Shown: piece by piece, positions 28,429 through 38,348 of the stretch | Layout of the letters: each line of letters begins with the position of its first letter | Numbering within the stretch: position 1 is the stretch's first letter | Assembly: GCA_015064185.1 (NCBI GenBank) | Contig: SVSS01000001.1 | Coordinates: 4,910-68,909 of the forward strand | Length of the DNA: 64,000 nt | Source of the DNA: Oscillospiraceae bacterium | GTDB taxonomy: Bacteria; Bacillota; Clostridia; Oscillospirales; CAG-272 | Direction of reading: 5' to 3' | The notes under the pieces: model-generated | Database searches by the model: none | Told to the model about the DNA's origin: nothing | The model's input: only the letters and a program-made list of their open reading frames with translations | Translations under genes and position numbers: made by a program

Positions 28429-29805
28429 ATGGCAAAGATGTGGGCGGGAAGAACCGCCGGACAAACTGAAAAGCTGGCGGACGATTTTAACTCGTCGTTG
28501 CGCTTTGACTGTAAAATGTACAAGCAGGATATCACGGGCAGCATGGCGCACGCCGCAATGCTCGCGAGGCAGGGCATCATCACCTCGGATGAGGCGCAGA
28601 CCCTTATTAAGGGCCTTTCGGGGATCCTTGCTGATATTGATAGCGGCGCACTTGAGTTTGACCCAAGCTGCGAGGATATCCATATGTTCGTTGAGGAGGT
28701 GCTGACAAAGCGCCTTGGCGCGGTGGGAAAGAAGCTGCATACTGCAAGAAGCAGAAACGATCAGGTTGCACTTGATCTGCGCCTTTATCTGCGCGATGAG
28801 ATCGGCGCGATCACAGAAAAGATCGTAGCGCTCACCGAGGTGCTGGCAAGCAAGGCGGCGCAGTATGACAACTGCATTCTGCCCGGCTACACGCATTTGC
28901 AGCGCGCACAGCCCATTGTTTTTTCGCACCATTTGCTGGCATATGCCATGATGCTGCTGCGTGACAAATCCCGCTTTGAGGATGCCGCCGCACGCATGAA
29001 TGTTTGCCCGATTGGCTCTTGTGCCTTGGCGGGTACTACTTATGATACAGACCGTTGGTTTGAGGCGCGTGAGCTTGGCTTTGCCGATGTTGCAAGAAAC
29101 AGCATCGACGGTGTTTCCGACCGTGATTTCTGCCTTGATTTTATGAGCGCGTGCGCGGTTTTAATGATGCACCTCTCTCGCTTTTCCGAGGAGCTTATTC
29201 TGTGGTCAAGCTGGGAGTTTCGCTTTGTAGAGCTTTCTGATGCGTACACCACGGGCTCGTCGATCATGCCGCAAAAGAAAAACCCCGATATGGCAGAGCT
29301 GATCAGAGGAAAAACGGGTCGCGTTTACGGTGATCTTATGGCGCTGCTTACGACCATGAAGGGATTGCCGCTTGCATATAACAAGGATATGCAGGAGGAT
29401 AAGGAGAGCGTATTTGATGCCGCTGAAACGGTACAGATGTGCCTTGATGTCATGACACCCATGATCGACACCATGACTGTGCGTGCCGACCGCATGAGAA
29501 AGGCCGCTGAGGAGGGCTTTATCAACGCTACCGATCTTGCCGACTATCTGGTGAAAAAGGGCATGCCCTTCCGTGATGCGTACCGTATTTCGGGCGCTAT
29601 CGTTGCAGAATGTATCAAGACGGGTGCCGTTCTCGAAACGCTGCCGCTTGAGGTCTACCGTGGATACAGCGATCTTTTTGAAGGCGATCTTTACGATGCC
29701 ATCGATCTTTCGGCATGCGTGGCAAAGCGTACATCTCTTGGCGGTCCCTCTGTGAAATCCGTGAAAGAGCAAATTGCTTATGTAAGGGAACAACTCAAAA
29801 AATAA
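28429..29805 (+). CDS. argH: argininosuccinate lyase
   Basis: The fumarate-lyase signature GSSIMPQKKNPD, and MWAGR...SLRFD at the N-terminus. Confidence 0.95.
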   Translation: MAKMWAGRTAGQTEKLADDFNSSLRFDCKMYKQDITGSMAHAAMLARQGIITSDEAQTLIKGLSGILADIDSGALEFDPSCEDIHMFVEEVLTKRLGAVGKKLHTARSRNDQVALDLRLYLRDEIGAITEKIVALTEVLASKAAQYDNCILPGYTHLQRAQPIVFSHHLLAYAMMLLRDKSRFEDAAARMNVCPIGSCALAGTTYDTDRWFEARELGFADVARNSIDGVSDRDFCLDFMSACAVLMMHLSRFSEELILWSSWEFRFVELSDAYTTGSSIMPQKKNPDMAELIRGKTGRVYGDLMALLTTMKGLPLAYNKDMQEDKESVFDAAETVQMCLDVMTPMIDTMTVRADRMRKAAEEGFINATDLADYLVKKGMPFRDAYRISGAIVAECIKTGAVLETLPLEVYRGYSDLFEGDLYDAIDLSACVAKRTSLGGPSVKSVKEQIAYVREQLKK

Positions 29806-29824
29806 AACACGGTAGCTTTTTTAG

Positions 29825-29852
29825 GGCGCAGTGCCACGCACTGCGCCTTTTT
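29825..29852 (+). terminator. rho-independent terminator after argH
   Basis: Stem GGCGCAGTG pairs with CACTGCGCC around a 5-nt loop, followed by TTTTT. Confidence 0.75.
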
Positions 29853-29964
29853 GTGACGGAATGTGACAAAAAGCACGCTTGACTTTTTTTGGTTATCTGT
29901 TATAATAATATTGTATAATTTTATGATTAGGAATGTAAAACTGTAATCAAGGGGGAAATGTACT

Positions 29965-31137
29965 ATGCGGCGCTTTTGCTTTTTGATTTTACTCATGCTT
30001 TGTCTTGCGGTGTTGATCGCCTGCGGTGGCAATGAAGACAAAAGCTATATCACCTTTGGCGAAGCCGGGGTGCTGTCTGCACAGGTAGAAACCGCACAAG
30101 CGGGGAGCATACGCGTGCCCTCTCCCGCCGGCACAAGTGCAGGCTCTTGTGTGGGTTGGCAAGCAAAAACCGAAGACGGCACCGTTTTTTTGCAGATAGG
30201 ATCCATCTACACATACGAAGCGGGGGAGAATATAAGCTTTGCTCCCGTATACCTTAATTTGAAAACCGAGGATGCTTCTTTGGTGCTTGACGGCACAAAT
30301 GCGAATATCTCTTTTGTCACCAAGGTGAAGAAAGCAGAGTGGGAAAAATTTAACACATTTATTGCCGATGTTACATGCGGTACATTGATCTTTACTGCGA
30401 GTGATATTGCCGCGACGGGTGGTACGCTTACGCATGCGGCATTTGAGAAGGCAGGCAAAACACCGCTTGAAATCCCTGCGGCTGACATGCTTGCAAATGC
30501 AGGAGAAGAGGTCTATTTTGTGGGCGCTCTTTCTATCGACTCCGAGCTTTCCGGATCTAAAGATTACACTGCTGTGGGGTATGTTAAAATTACATATACA
30601 GACGGATCTGTTGCGTACGTTTATGCCAATGCGAAAGGTTACAGCCCTTCACCGATATTGCTTGCAAGAGCTGCGCTTCTCGATTTTTCTGATACACAAG
30701 GCGGTGTTTATCAATATCCCGCAGGGGATAAATTCTCTCCTTATACAAGCGAGGAGCAAGCAAAGCTTGAGGAGCTGTCAAGGTTCTCGGTGTTGCTGGT
30801 TTTTGATGAATCGGTTAAGGGATATAAACGCTTGCATGATGACAGTGATGCTAACTTATATGAGAGTCGTCTGATCCGTTTCGGTGCTGACAGTGATGCC
30901 GTTGGCGATGAGGGCAATTCTGCTGAGGCGCGGGCAATTTACCGCGCGCTTGGTAAGACCATATATACCGGTGGCGGTGCGCTGATCATTTCCGTTAAGG
31001 ACGGCACGCACCTGAGTGAAGCAAATATCGCCGACATCTTGATAGATTACGGTACCAGCATAGGGGAGATCGAGACCTATATTTTCTATAACGGCTCGCT
31101 TGTTGTTCCCTATAAGGTATATTCGGATCCCCACTAA
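29965..31137 (+). CDS. predicted secreted lipoprotein, unknown function
   Basis: Signal peptide with lipobox LIACGG. I recognised no domain. Confidence 0.65.
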   Translation: MRRFCFLILLMLCLAVLIACGGNEDKSYITFGEAGVLSAQVETAQAGSIRVPSPAGTSAGSCVGWQAKTEDGTVFLQIGSIYTYEAGENISFAPVYLNLKTEDASLVLDGTNANISFVTKVKKAEWEKFNTFIADVTCGTLIFTASDIAATGGTLTHAAFEKAGKTPLEIPAADMLANAGEEVYFVGALSIDSELSGSKDYTAVGYVKITYTDGSVAYVYANAKGYSPSPILLARAALLDFSDTQGGVYQYPAGDKFSPYTSEEQAKLEELSRFSVLLVFDESVKGYKRLHDDSDANLYESRLIRFGADSDAVGDEGNSAEARAIYRALGKTIYTGGGALIISVKDGTHLSEANIADILIDYGTSIGEIETYIFYNGSLVVPYKVYSDPH

Positions 31138-31169
31138 CGCGTTGCAGCTGTAAAGGGTATATAAAATTA

Positions 31170-31213
31170 CAAGCACCGCAAATGCCTTTGTCGCATTGGC
31201 GGTGCTTGTTTTA
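31170..31213 (+). terminator. rho-independent terminator
   Basis: A long interrupted stem (CAAGCACCGC pairing with GCGGTGCTTG, plus an inner AATGC/GCATT) followed by TTTT. Confidence 0.75.
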
Positions 31214-31245
31214 TGCCCTCGCATTTATATTATAGTAAAAAGCTC

Positions 31246-31274
31246 TTGACTTGACGCGAGAAAAGGGGTACAAT
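31246..31274 (+). promoter_or_regulatory. candidate sigma-A promoter for azlCD (TTGACT-17-TACAAT)
   Basis: TTGACT lies at 31246-31251 and TACAAT at 31269-31274. Confidence 0.5.
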
Positions 31275-31311
31275 AGACAACGGTTATTTAATTTTTAGAA
31301 GGGTAAATAGT

Positions 31312-32070
31312 ATGACAACTCGAAAAACATGGTTTTTGAGGGGTGTTCGCGACGGCATACCCATTGCCATTGGATATTTTGCCGTGGCTTTTGCGCTTGG
31401 CATCAAGGCAACCATGGCAGGGCTTACCGCGTGGCAATCCGCCCTGCTCTCGTTTTTAAACGTGACCTCAGCGGGGGAGGCGGCAGGCATTGCACTGCTT
31501 GGGGTGGGTACCACCTATGTCGAGCTTGCCTTTACACAGCTTGTTATCAACATTCGCTATTTGCTGATGTCCTGCTCGCTCTCTCAAAAGCTTGCACCCG
31601 AAACGGGCTTTTTGCACCGTCTTTTGGTGGGTTATGGTGTAACCGATGAGATCTTTGGCATATCTGCTGCAGTAGAGGATAAGCTCTCGCCTTATTACAG
31701 CTATGGCGCGATTTCCGTTGCTGTGCCGGGCTGGACACTGGGTACGCTGCTTGGTGCCGTTATGGGCAATATTTTGCCTGCTCGCGCCGTGGGTGCGCTT
31801 GGTGTGGCGCTTTACGCGATGTTTCTTGCCATTATCCTGCCGCCTGCAAGAAAAAGCCGTATCATTGCAGGGCTTGTGGCGGTTTCCATGGCGGCAAGCG
31901 CGTTGCTTACATATCTTTGCGCTAAGCTCTCACTTACATGGTTTACCGAGGGATTTCGCATCATCGCGCTCACAATTCTTATTTCAGCTGCGGCGGCAAT
32001 CCTGTTCCCCATAAAGGATGAAGCCGAACGGTCATGTGCTGAAGGGGAGGTGGCAGAGCATGGTCAATAA
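31312..32070 (+). CDS. azlC: AzlC family branched-chain amino acid exporter subunit
   Basis: A membrane protein whose N-terminal G..DG.PIA.GYF...FA.G pattern is typical of AzlC. It is followed by azlD. Confidence 0.85.
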   Translation: MTTRKTWFLRGVRDGIPIAIGYFAVAFALGIKATMAGLTAWQSALLSFLNVTSAGEAAGIALLGVGTTYVELAFTQLVINIRYLLMSCSLSQKLAPETGFLHRLLVGYGVTDEIFGISAAVEDKLSPYYSYGAISVAVPGWTLGTLLGAVMGNILPARAVGALGVALYAMFLAIILPPARKSRIIAGLVAVSMAASALLTYLCAKLSLTWFTEGFRIIALTILISAAAAILFPIKDEAERSCAEGEVAEHGQ

Positions 32071-32368
32071 TATTGTGCTTGCTATCTTGCTTATGGCAGG
32101 TGTTACGTATCTCATTCGTGTGCTGCCTTTGGTGCTCATTCGCCGTGAGATCAAAAACCGCACGGTGCGCTCGTTTCTTCATTACGTGCCGTATGTGACA
32201 CTTTCAGTGATGACCTTTCCCGCGATCCTTTCCGCAACAAACGTTATCTGGTCAGCACTCGCTGCCCTCGCCGTTGCTGTTTTGCTTTCGCTTAAGGGCT
32301 GTAAGCTGCCCGTGGTTGCCGCGTTTGCGTGTGCTACGGTGTTTCTTGTAGAGTTGATACCGTTTTAA
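32060..32368 (+). CDS. azlD: AzlD family branched-chain amino acid transport protein
   Basis: A 4-TM protein of about 100 aa (TYLIRVLPLVL motif). Its start overlaps the azlC 3' end by 11 nt. Confidence 0.8.
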   Translation: MVNNIVLAILLMAGVTYLIRVLPLVLIRREIKNRTVRSFLHYVPYVTLSVMTFPAILSATNVIWSALAALAVAVLLSLKGCKLPVVAAFACATVFLVELIPF

Positions 32369-32417
32369 AAAACATCACCCATGTACCAAAAGCTTGGTGC
32401 ATGGGTGATGTTTTTTT
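32366..32417. terminator. bidirectional terminator between azlD and the ABC exporter
   Basis: 15-bp stem CATCACCCATGTACC pairs with GGTGCATGGGTGATG, flanked by A-run and T-run. Confidence 0.8.
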
Positions 32418-32420
32418 GTT

Positions 32421-34370
32421 TTATTCAAGCTCAAAAGCGCCTGTATAGAGCTGATAGTAAACGCCCTTTTCGGCAATCAGCTTGTCGTGGTTGCCACGCT
32501 CAATGATCTTGCCGTGGTCAAGCACCATAATGACATCGGAATTCATAACGGTGGAAAGACGGTGGGCAATGACAAATACTGTTCTGCCCTCCATCAGCTT
32601 ATCCATACCGCGCTGCACGATCGCCTCGGTACGGGTGTCGATCGAGGAGGTTGCCTCATCCATGATCATGACGGGCGGATCGGCAACCGCGGCGCGCGCA
32701 ATGGCGATCATCTGGCGCTGACCCTGCGAGAGGTTGGCGCCGTTGCCCGAAAGCTCGGTATCATAGCCCTGCGGCAAACGAGAAATGAAATCGTCAGCAC
32801 CGACAAGCGCGGCGGCCGCGCGACATTCCTCATCGGTTGCGTCAAGACGACCGTAGCGGATGTTATCCATAACAGAGCCGGTAAAGAGGTTGGTATCCTG
32901 CAAAACGATGCCGAGCGAGCGGCGCAGATCGGATTTCTTGATCTTGTTGATATTGATACCGTCGTAACGGATCTTGCCGTCGGCAATGTCATAAAAACGG
33001 TTGATCAGATTGGTGATCGTGGTCTTACCTGCGCCTGTAGCACCTACAAAGGCAACCTTTTGGCCGGGCTCGGCATACACGCTGACGTCTCGCAAAACAG
33101 GCTTGCCTTCTTCATAGGCAAAATCCACCTCAGTGAGGCGCACGTCGCCGCAAAGACGCGTGTAGGTTACAGTTCCGTCTGCTTGGTGCGGGTGACGCCA
33201 AGCCCACAGACCCGTGCGCTCGGTCGTTTCGGTGATGTTGCCCTTGTCATCGATCTTGGCATTTACCAAGGTTACATATCCCTCGTCTGCCTCGGGTGCT
33301 TCATCCATCATTTCAAACAGACGTGCACCGCCTGCCATGCCCATTACTACTGCATTGATCTGCTGTGAGGCTTGATTGACATTGCCCGTGAACTGCTTCG
33401 CCATATTGAGGAATGGCACAATGATACTGATACTAAAGGCAGCAAAGCCACCGCCACGGTGAAGGAGCGTGGAAAGTCCAACATTCGGAATGCGTGAAAG
33501 CAGGAAGACACCGCCTACTACCGCCATAATGACATAGAGAATATTGCCGATGTTGCCGATGATAGGGCCCAAGGTATTGGCATATGCATGGGCGCGTGCG
33601 CTATCCTTAAAGAGCGCTTCATTGATCTCTTCAAAATCGCGCATTGCCGCTTCCTCATGGCAGAACACCTTTACGACCTTTTGACCGTTCATCATTTCCT
33701 GCACGTAGCCCTCGGTCTTACCCATGGCGCGTTGCTGGCGAATAAAGTATTTGGCGGAGCCGCCACCGATCTTTTTGGATACCGTGACCATGGCAAATAC
33801 ACCGACAAGGAGCACTAGTGTCATCCAAAGGCTGAAATACAGCATCACGAAAAGCACGGATACAAGAATAACAATGGAGTTCAGCAGCGAGGGCATTGCT
33901 TGAGAAATAAGCTCGCGCAACGCATCAATATCGTTGGTATAGCGGCTCATGATATCGCCGTGCTTGTGGGTATCAAAATATCGGATGGGCAGATTTTGCA
34001 TCTTATCAAACATCGTGCGACGGAGCTTGCAAAGAAAGCCCTGCGTGATGATCGCCATAAGCTGTGTCTGCAAGACAATGGCGATCCAGGAAACGATGTA
34101 AAAGGAAGCCAACAGGATGACCTTAGGCACGATCTCGCCCGATGCCTCGCTCCATGTGGCACCCGAAAGCTGGGCTTGCTCAATGGCAGCAATAACCTTC
34201 TGCATAAAGACGGCAGGGAGCGCTGCGGTCACAGCGGAGATCAAAATACAAACGACAATGACGGGGGCAAGCACGGGATAATAGCCAAAAAGCATTTTCA
34301 AAACGCGTGCAAGCACGCGGGGGCTTGCCTTGGGGCGCTTCATCATAGATTGCTTCTTACTCATTTTCAT
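32421..34370 (-). CDS. ABC transporter permease/ATP-binding protein (type I exporter half, second subunit)
   Basis: A six-TM domain, then Walker A GATGAGKTT, the signature LSQGQRQ and Walker B MIMDEATS. The start overlaps the upstream gene. An ATG at 34364 is an alternative start. Confidence 0.9.
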   Translation of the reverse strand: MKMSKKQSMMKRPKASPRVLARVLKMLFGYYPVLAPVIVVCILISAVTAALPAVFMQKVIAAIEQAQLSGATWSEASGEIVPKVILLASFYIVSWIAIVLQTQLMAIITQGFLCKLRRTMFDKMQNLPIRYFDTHKHGDIMSRYTNDIDALRELISQAMPSLLNSIVILVSVLFVMLYFSLWMTLVLLVGVFAMVTVSKKIGGGSAKYFIRQQRAMGKTEGYVQEMMNGQKVVKVFCHEEAAMRDFEEINEALFKDSARAHAYANTLGPIIGNIGNILYVIMAVVGGVFLLSRIPNVGLSTLLHRGGGFAAFSISIIVPFLNMAKQFTGNVNQASQQINAVVMGMAGGARLFEMMDEAPEADEGYVTLVNAKIDDKGNITETTERTGLWAWRHPHQADGTVTYTRLCGDVRLTEVDFAYEEGKPVLRDVSVYAEPGQKVAFVGATGAGKTTITNLINRFYDIADGKIRYDGININKIKKSDLRRSLGIVLQDTNLFTGSVMDNIRYGRLDATDEECRAAAALVGADDFISRLPQGYDTELSGNGANLSQGQRQMIAIARAAVADPPVMIMDEATSSIDTRTEAIVQRGMDKLMEGRTVFVIAHRLSTVMNSDVIMVLDHGKIIERGNHDKLIAEKGVYYQLYTGAFELE

Positions 34371-36096
34371 TGCCCCCTCTCGTTTGTTGCTCGTAGATCT
34401 CACGGTAAATATCACAAGAGGTCAGCAATTCCTCATGCTTGCCTGCGGCACAGATCCTGCCGTTTTCCATCACAAGGATCAGGTCGGCATCCTCCACCGA
34501 AGCCACGCGCTGTGCGATGATGATCTTGGTGGTTTCGGGGATAAAGGAACGGAAGCCCTCGCGAATCAGCGCATCGGTTTTGGTATCGACTGCACTTGTG
34601 GAGTCGTCAAGGATAAGGATCTTCGGCTTTTTGAGAAGCGCGCGGGCAATGCAAAGGCGCTGCTTTTGACCGCCCGAAACATTGGTGCCGCCCTGCTCGA
34701 TGTAGGTATCGTATCCATCGGGGAAGGAGGAAACAAAATCATGTGCCTGCGCCAAGCGGCAAGCCTCGATCAGCTCCTCATCGGTGGCGTTCGGATTACC
34801 CCAACGCAGATTTTCCTTGATCGTGCCCGAAAACAAAAGGTTCTTTTGAAGCACCATTGCCACAGCATCGCGCAGGGCCTTGATGTCGTATTGACATACA
34901 TCAACGCCGCCAACCAGCACACTGCCCTCGGTGGCATCGTAAAGACGGGGCACGAGTTGAACAAAGGTCGTTTTGCCCGATCCTGTACCGCCGATCACGC
35001 CCACAGTCATGCCCGATTTCACGCGCAGATCGATATCGGAGAGCGCATAGCGCTTTGCCTTGGCAGAATATTTGAAGCTGACACCCTTGAAATCGATCGA
35101 GCCGTCCTTTACGGTCATTATGGCATTTTCGGGGTTTACCAGCGTCGGCTCCTCGCCGAGCACCTCATAAATACGCTTCATCGACTCGGCAGACATGGTG
35201 AGGATGACGTAGATCATAGAAAGCATCATCAGTGACATCAAAACCTGCATGCCGTACGTGAGCATGGCAGAGAGCTGCCCCACGTCAACGCCCGAAATGC
35301 CCTCGATCGCCATGCGAGAGCCTACCAGCAATACAAAGATCATGTTAAAGTAAAGGCAGATCTGCATAATGGGGCGGTTCCACGCCACGATACGCTCGGC
35401 CTTTACAAAATCACCGCGAATATCCTCGGCGGCAACGCCAAACTTCTCTTTTTCATATTCCTCACGCGAAAAGCCCTTTACCACACGCATGGCGCGCACG
35501 TTTTCCTCGATCGATTCGTTGAGGCGGTCGTACTTGCGGAATACGCGGCGAAACGCAGGCATTGCCTTTTTGCCTACCATCATAAGTCCAAAAGCAAGCA
35601 CGGGAATGATGACCACAAAGGTCATGGCAAGCATGCCGCCCATCACAAAGGACATGATGACCGAGAAAATGAGCATCAAGGGCGCGCGGATGGCGGTGCG
35701 AATGAGCATCATGTAGGACATTTGTACGTTTTGCACGTCAGTCGTCATGCGTGTTACCAGTGACGAAGAGGAGAATTTATCAATGTTTTCAAAGGAAAAA
35801 TCTCCTATTTTTTGATAAAGGTCATGGCGCACGTTTTTGCCAAAGCCCGCAGCTGCACGTGCGCAGCAAAAGCCCGCGATGCCACCGCAGGCAAGGGAAA
35901 GGCAGGCCATAACAGCAAGCACGATTCCCACCTTGATCACCTCGGCGAGCGCAGCCCCCGCCTTGATCTGATTGACAAGGTTTGCTGTGATAAACGGAAT
36001 GAGTGTTTCGATGATCGACTCGCCCACAATAAAAATGAGCGTTAAGACCGTCGGCTTTTTGAATTCGCGCACACAGCGCAACAATCTTTTTAGCAT
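34357..36096 (-). CDS. ABC transporter permease/ATP-binding protein (type I exporter half, first subunit)
   Basis: TM domain plus Walker A GGTGSGKTT, the signature VSGGQKQR and Walker B LILDDSTS. AAGGAGG precedes the ATG at 36096. Confidence 0.9.
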   Translation of the reverse strand: MLKRLLRCVREFKKPTVLTLIFIVGESIIETLIPFITANLVNQIKAGAALAEVIKVGIVLAVMACLSLACGGIAGFCCARAAAGFGKNVRHDLYQKIGDFSFENIDKFSSSSLVTRMTTDVQNVQMSYMMLIRTAIRAPLMLIFSVIMSFVMGGMLAMTFVVIIPVLAFGLMMVGKKAMPAFRRVFRKYDRLNESIEENVRAMRVVKGFSREEYEKEKFGVAAEDIRGDFVKAERIVAWNRPIMQICLYFNMIFVLLVGSRMAIEGISGVDVGQLSAMLTYGMQVLMSLMMLSMIYVILTMSAESMKRIYEVLGEEPTLVNPENAIMTVKDGSIDFKGVSFKYSAKAKRYALSDIDLRVKSGMTVGVIGGTGSGKTTFVQLVPRLYDATEGSVLVGGVDVCQYDIKALRDAVAMVLQKNLLFSGTIKENLRWGNPNATDEELIEACRLAQAHDFVSSFPDGYDTYIEQGGTNVSGGQKQRLCIARALLKKPKILILDDSTSAVDTKTDALIREGFRSFIPETTKIIIAQRVASVEDADLILVMENGRICAAGKHEELLTSCDIYREIYEQQTRGGNENE

Positions 36097-36128
36097 ATTT
36101 CCTCCTTTCGGGAACACCCCGACGCTTG

Positions 36129-36154
36129 AAATTAGTTTAATGTTAAACTAATTT
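36129..36154. promoter_or_regulatory. perfect 26-bp palindrome in the 5' UTR of the ABC exporter operon (candidate operator or RNA hairpin)
   Basis: AAATTAGTTTAA-TG-TTAAACTAATTT has 12-bp perfect arms. It lies between the predicted promoter (36171-36199) and the SD. Confidence 0.5.
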
Positions 36155-36170
36155 TTCTTTCGACCTTATT

Positions 36171-36199
36171 ATTGTATCATTGTACACCAGAAAAGTCAA
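36171..36199 (-). promoter_or_regulatory. candidate sigma-A promoter for the ABC exporter operon (TTGACT-17-TACAAT)
   Basis: On the minus strand, TTGACT lies at 36199-36194 and TACAAT at 36176-36171. Confidence 0.5.
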
Positions 36200-36234
36200 G
36201 GTATATATTAAATATATATATCAAACAAATCATT

Positions 36235-36276
36235 AAAAAACAGGACAGAGAAACCGAAATTTCTCTGTCCTGTTTT
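36235..36276 (-). terminator. rho-independent terminator of the upstream lipoprotein gene
   Basis: 13-bp perfect stem CAGGACAGAGAAA pairs with TTTCTCTGTCCTG. A T-run follows on the minus strand. Confidence 0.75.
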
Positions 36277-36332
36277 GTGTCATTGGGGTAAAATTGTTTT
36301 ATAAATCCCACTGACAAACTTTTTATAAAAGA

Positions 36333-36689
36333 TTATTTTTCAATTTTTTTGTAGGTAACAAGACCGATCTTGATAGAGCCGTCTTCGTTTTCAGCAAAAG
36401 CCTTTGTATCGGTGGTTTCTTTGCCGTCAGCATCGACCCAAGTAAAGATGATCTCGTCGCCGTCAACCTTGTATTTGCCCTCAAGAGTAGCGCTGTCAAC
36501 CTTGTTGCCCAGCAGGTAAGAGGTAAAGGTTACCTTGTTACCGCTGAACGAATACATCGTATAGGTTTTGGTGGTGTCCTTTTCGCCGGCATAGTAATCG
36601 CCGGAAGCAACACCGCCGCAGGATGCAAGCGTTGCGCAGAGCATAACAGCAACAAGAGTGAGTGCAAGAATGCGTGCAAACTTTTTCAT
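36333..36689 (-). CDS. small lipoprotein (paralog A), unknown function
   Basis: MKKFARILALTLVAVMLCATLASCGG signal peptide and lipobox. GGAGG precedes the ATG at 36689. It shares the motifs SG(D/E)Y, Y.F.G and I.(F/L)TWVDA.G with the ORF at 38349-38777. Confidence 0.7.
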   Translation of the reverse strand: MKKFARILALTLVAVMLCATLASCGGVASGDYYAGEKDTTKTYTMYSFSGNKVTFTSYLLGNKVDSATLEGKYKVDGDEIIFTWVDADGKETTDTKAFAENEDGSIKIGLVTYKKIEK

Positions 36690-36885
36690 TATGAGTTCCT
36701 CCATGAAATTATGTATTTTGTAAGGCATGAGCGCCTTGCATGGTAACATTATAGCATATGAAATTTTAAAAAGCAAGTAAATTTTTGCGATTTTTTAGAG
36801 CCCAAAAATGCCGTGCTTTGATTTTCGGTAACGTGGTTGCTTTTTGCGTCAAATCGTGTTAAAATAAAATAAAGGGGGTGTTCCC

Positions 36886-38289
36886 ATGATCGATTTTAAG
36901 CACGTAGAAAAATACCGTGAGAACAACCGTATTGAGGCGAAACGTGCAATGGGCGGCTTGCCGTATAGTGTGTGGGAAACCTATTCTTCCTTTGCCAATA
37001 CCATGGGCGGCGTGATATTGCTTGGCGTGGAGGAGGGAAAGGATAAGAGCTTTCACGCGCTTGACCTGCCCGATCCGCAAGGGCTTATTAGAAAAATTTG
37101 GCGACAGCTCAACGACCCACGTCGCGTAAACGTAAACATTTTAACTAAGGATAGCGTGCGCGTGGAGCGCGTGGACGGTAAGCGCATCGTTGTGATAGAG
37201 GTGCCGCGCGCACACCGAGCTGATAAGCCTGTTTATATTGAAAATGATATGTATCACGGCACTTACCGCCGGGGCGGAGAGGGCGATTATCGCTGTACCT
37301 CCGAGGAGATCGATGTGATGCGGCGCGATGCCGCCGCACGCTCGCAGGATATGCGCTTACTTGAGGAATGCTCGCTTGATGTGCTTTGCTCCGATACAAT
37401 TTTGCAATATCGCGCGCAAATGAAGGTGCTGCGCCCCGGGCACGCGTATGAGAGATGCAGTCAAAATGAATTTTTAATACAGATCAATGCGGCGGGGACG
37501 GGTGCTGACGGCGCTCTGCACCCGAGCATGGCAGGGCTTTTGATGTTCGGCAAATATGAAGCGATACTGCGCGAAATACCGACATATCGTGTTGCTTTCA
37601 AGAAAGATGGTACACCAAATGAAGGTGAGGAATATAGGGGAAATCTATATCAATTTTTTTACCGCGCTATTGCCGAGCTGCACATTGGATTTCCGCGCAG
37701 CGTGGCGGCAAGAAATGCGATTGAGGAGGCACTTGTCAACTGCCTTGTAAATGCCAATTACCGTGAACGTGGCGGTGTTTTGGTGGAAAAGGCTGCCGAT
37801 ATGCTGCGGTTTTCAAACCCCGGTGCATTTCGTATTGACCCGGGGCAAGCACGTGCAGGCGGTGTGTCTGATTCGCGCAACAAGGCGATTTCCCGTATGT
37901 TTTTGCTCATTGGCGAGGGCGCGGGGATAGGCGGCGGTATTCCGCGTATGTTTGCTGATTGGCGAAAAAATGCCCGCCCAACACCGTTTTTTGAGGAGCG
38001 CTTTGAACCGGAACGTACCACCCTAACGCTTCCCATAAGGAAGCAACCTGCTTACAGTGGGGAGAACACAAAAAAACGCACGATACCTGCGGTGGCGATC
38101 AAGCAAATGATCGCGGAGCATCTTACGGCAGTAATATTTGCTCGTGCGGCACAGATCGCATCGAGTGTGGGATTGCCGCTTCCACGTGTGCGTCGCTATC
38201 TTATACAAATGCGGCAGGAGGGGCTTGTCATATCCGAAGGACAGGGTAAGAACACGCTTTGGCGCTTACGTGAGCGCGCAGGCTTATAG
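36886..38289 (+). CDS. AlbA_2 (Schlafen-like, divergent AAA) plus HATPase_c_4 plus C-terminal winged-helix protein (often annotated as a RecG-like putative DNA-binding regulator)
   Basis: The N-terminal E.KRA.GGLP..VWETYSSFANT.GGVILLGVEE pattern of AlbA_2, a central ATPase-like region (ALVNCLVNANY) and a C-terminal wHTH (RVRRYLIQMRQEGLV). Confidence 0.8.
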   Translation: MIDFKHVEKYRENNRIEAKRAMGGLPYSVWETYSSFANTMGGVILLGVEEGKDKSFHALDLPDPQGLIRKIWRQLNDPRRVNVNILTKDSVRVERVDGKRIVVIEVPRAHRADKPVYIENDMYHGTYRRGGEGDYRCTSEEIDVMRRDAAARSQDMRLLEECSLDVLCSDTILQYRAQMKVLRPGHAYERCSQNEFLIQINAAGTGADGALHPSMAGLLMFGKYEAILREIPTYRVAFKKDGTPNEGEEYRGNLYQFFYRAIAELHIGFPRSVAARNAIEEALVNCLVNANYRERGGVLVEKAADMLRFSNPGAFRIDPGQARAGGVSDSRNKAISRMFLLIGEGAGIGGGIPRMFADWRKNARPTPFFEERFEPERTTLTLPIRKQPAYSGENTKKRTIPAVAIKQMIAEHLTAVIFARAAQIASSVGLPLPRVRRYLIQMRQEGLVISEGQGKNTLWRLRERAGL

Positions 38290-38321
38290 AAAAAGAGGCG
38301 GCATTATGCCGCCTCTTTTTC
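38290..38321. terminator. bidirectional terminator
   Basis: Stem AGAGGCGGC pairs with GCCGCCTCT, flanked by A-run and T-run. Confidence 0.8.
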
Positions 38322-38348
38322 TATAATACTTGAATTACAATACTTAAA

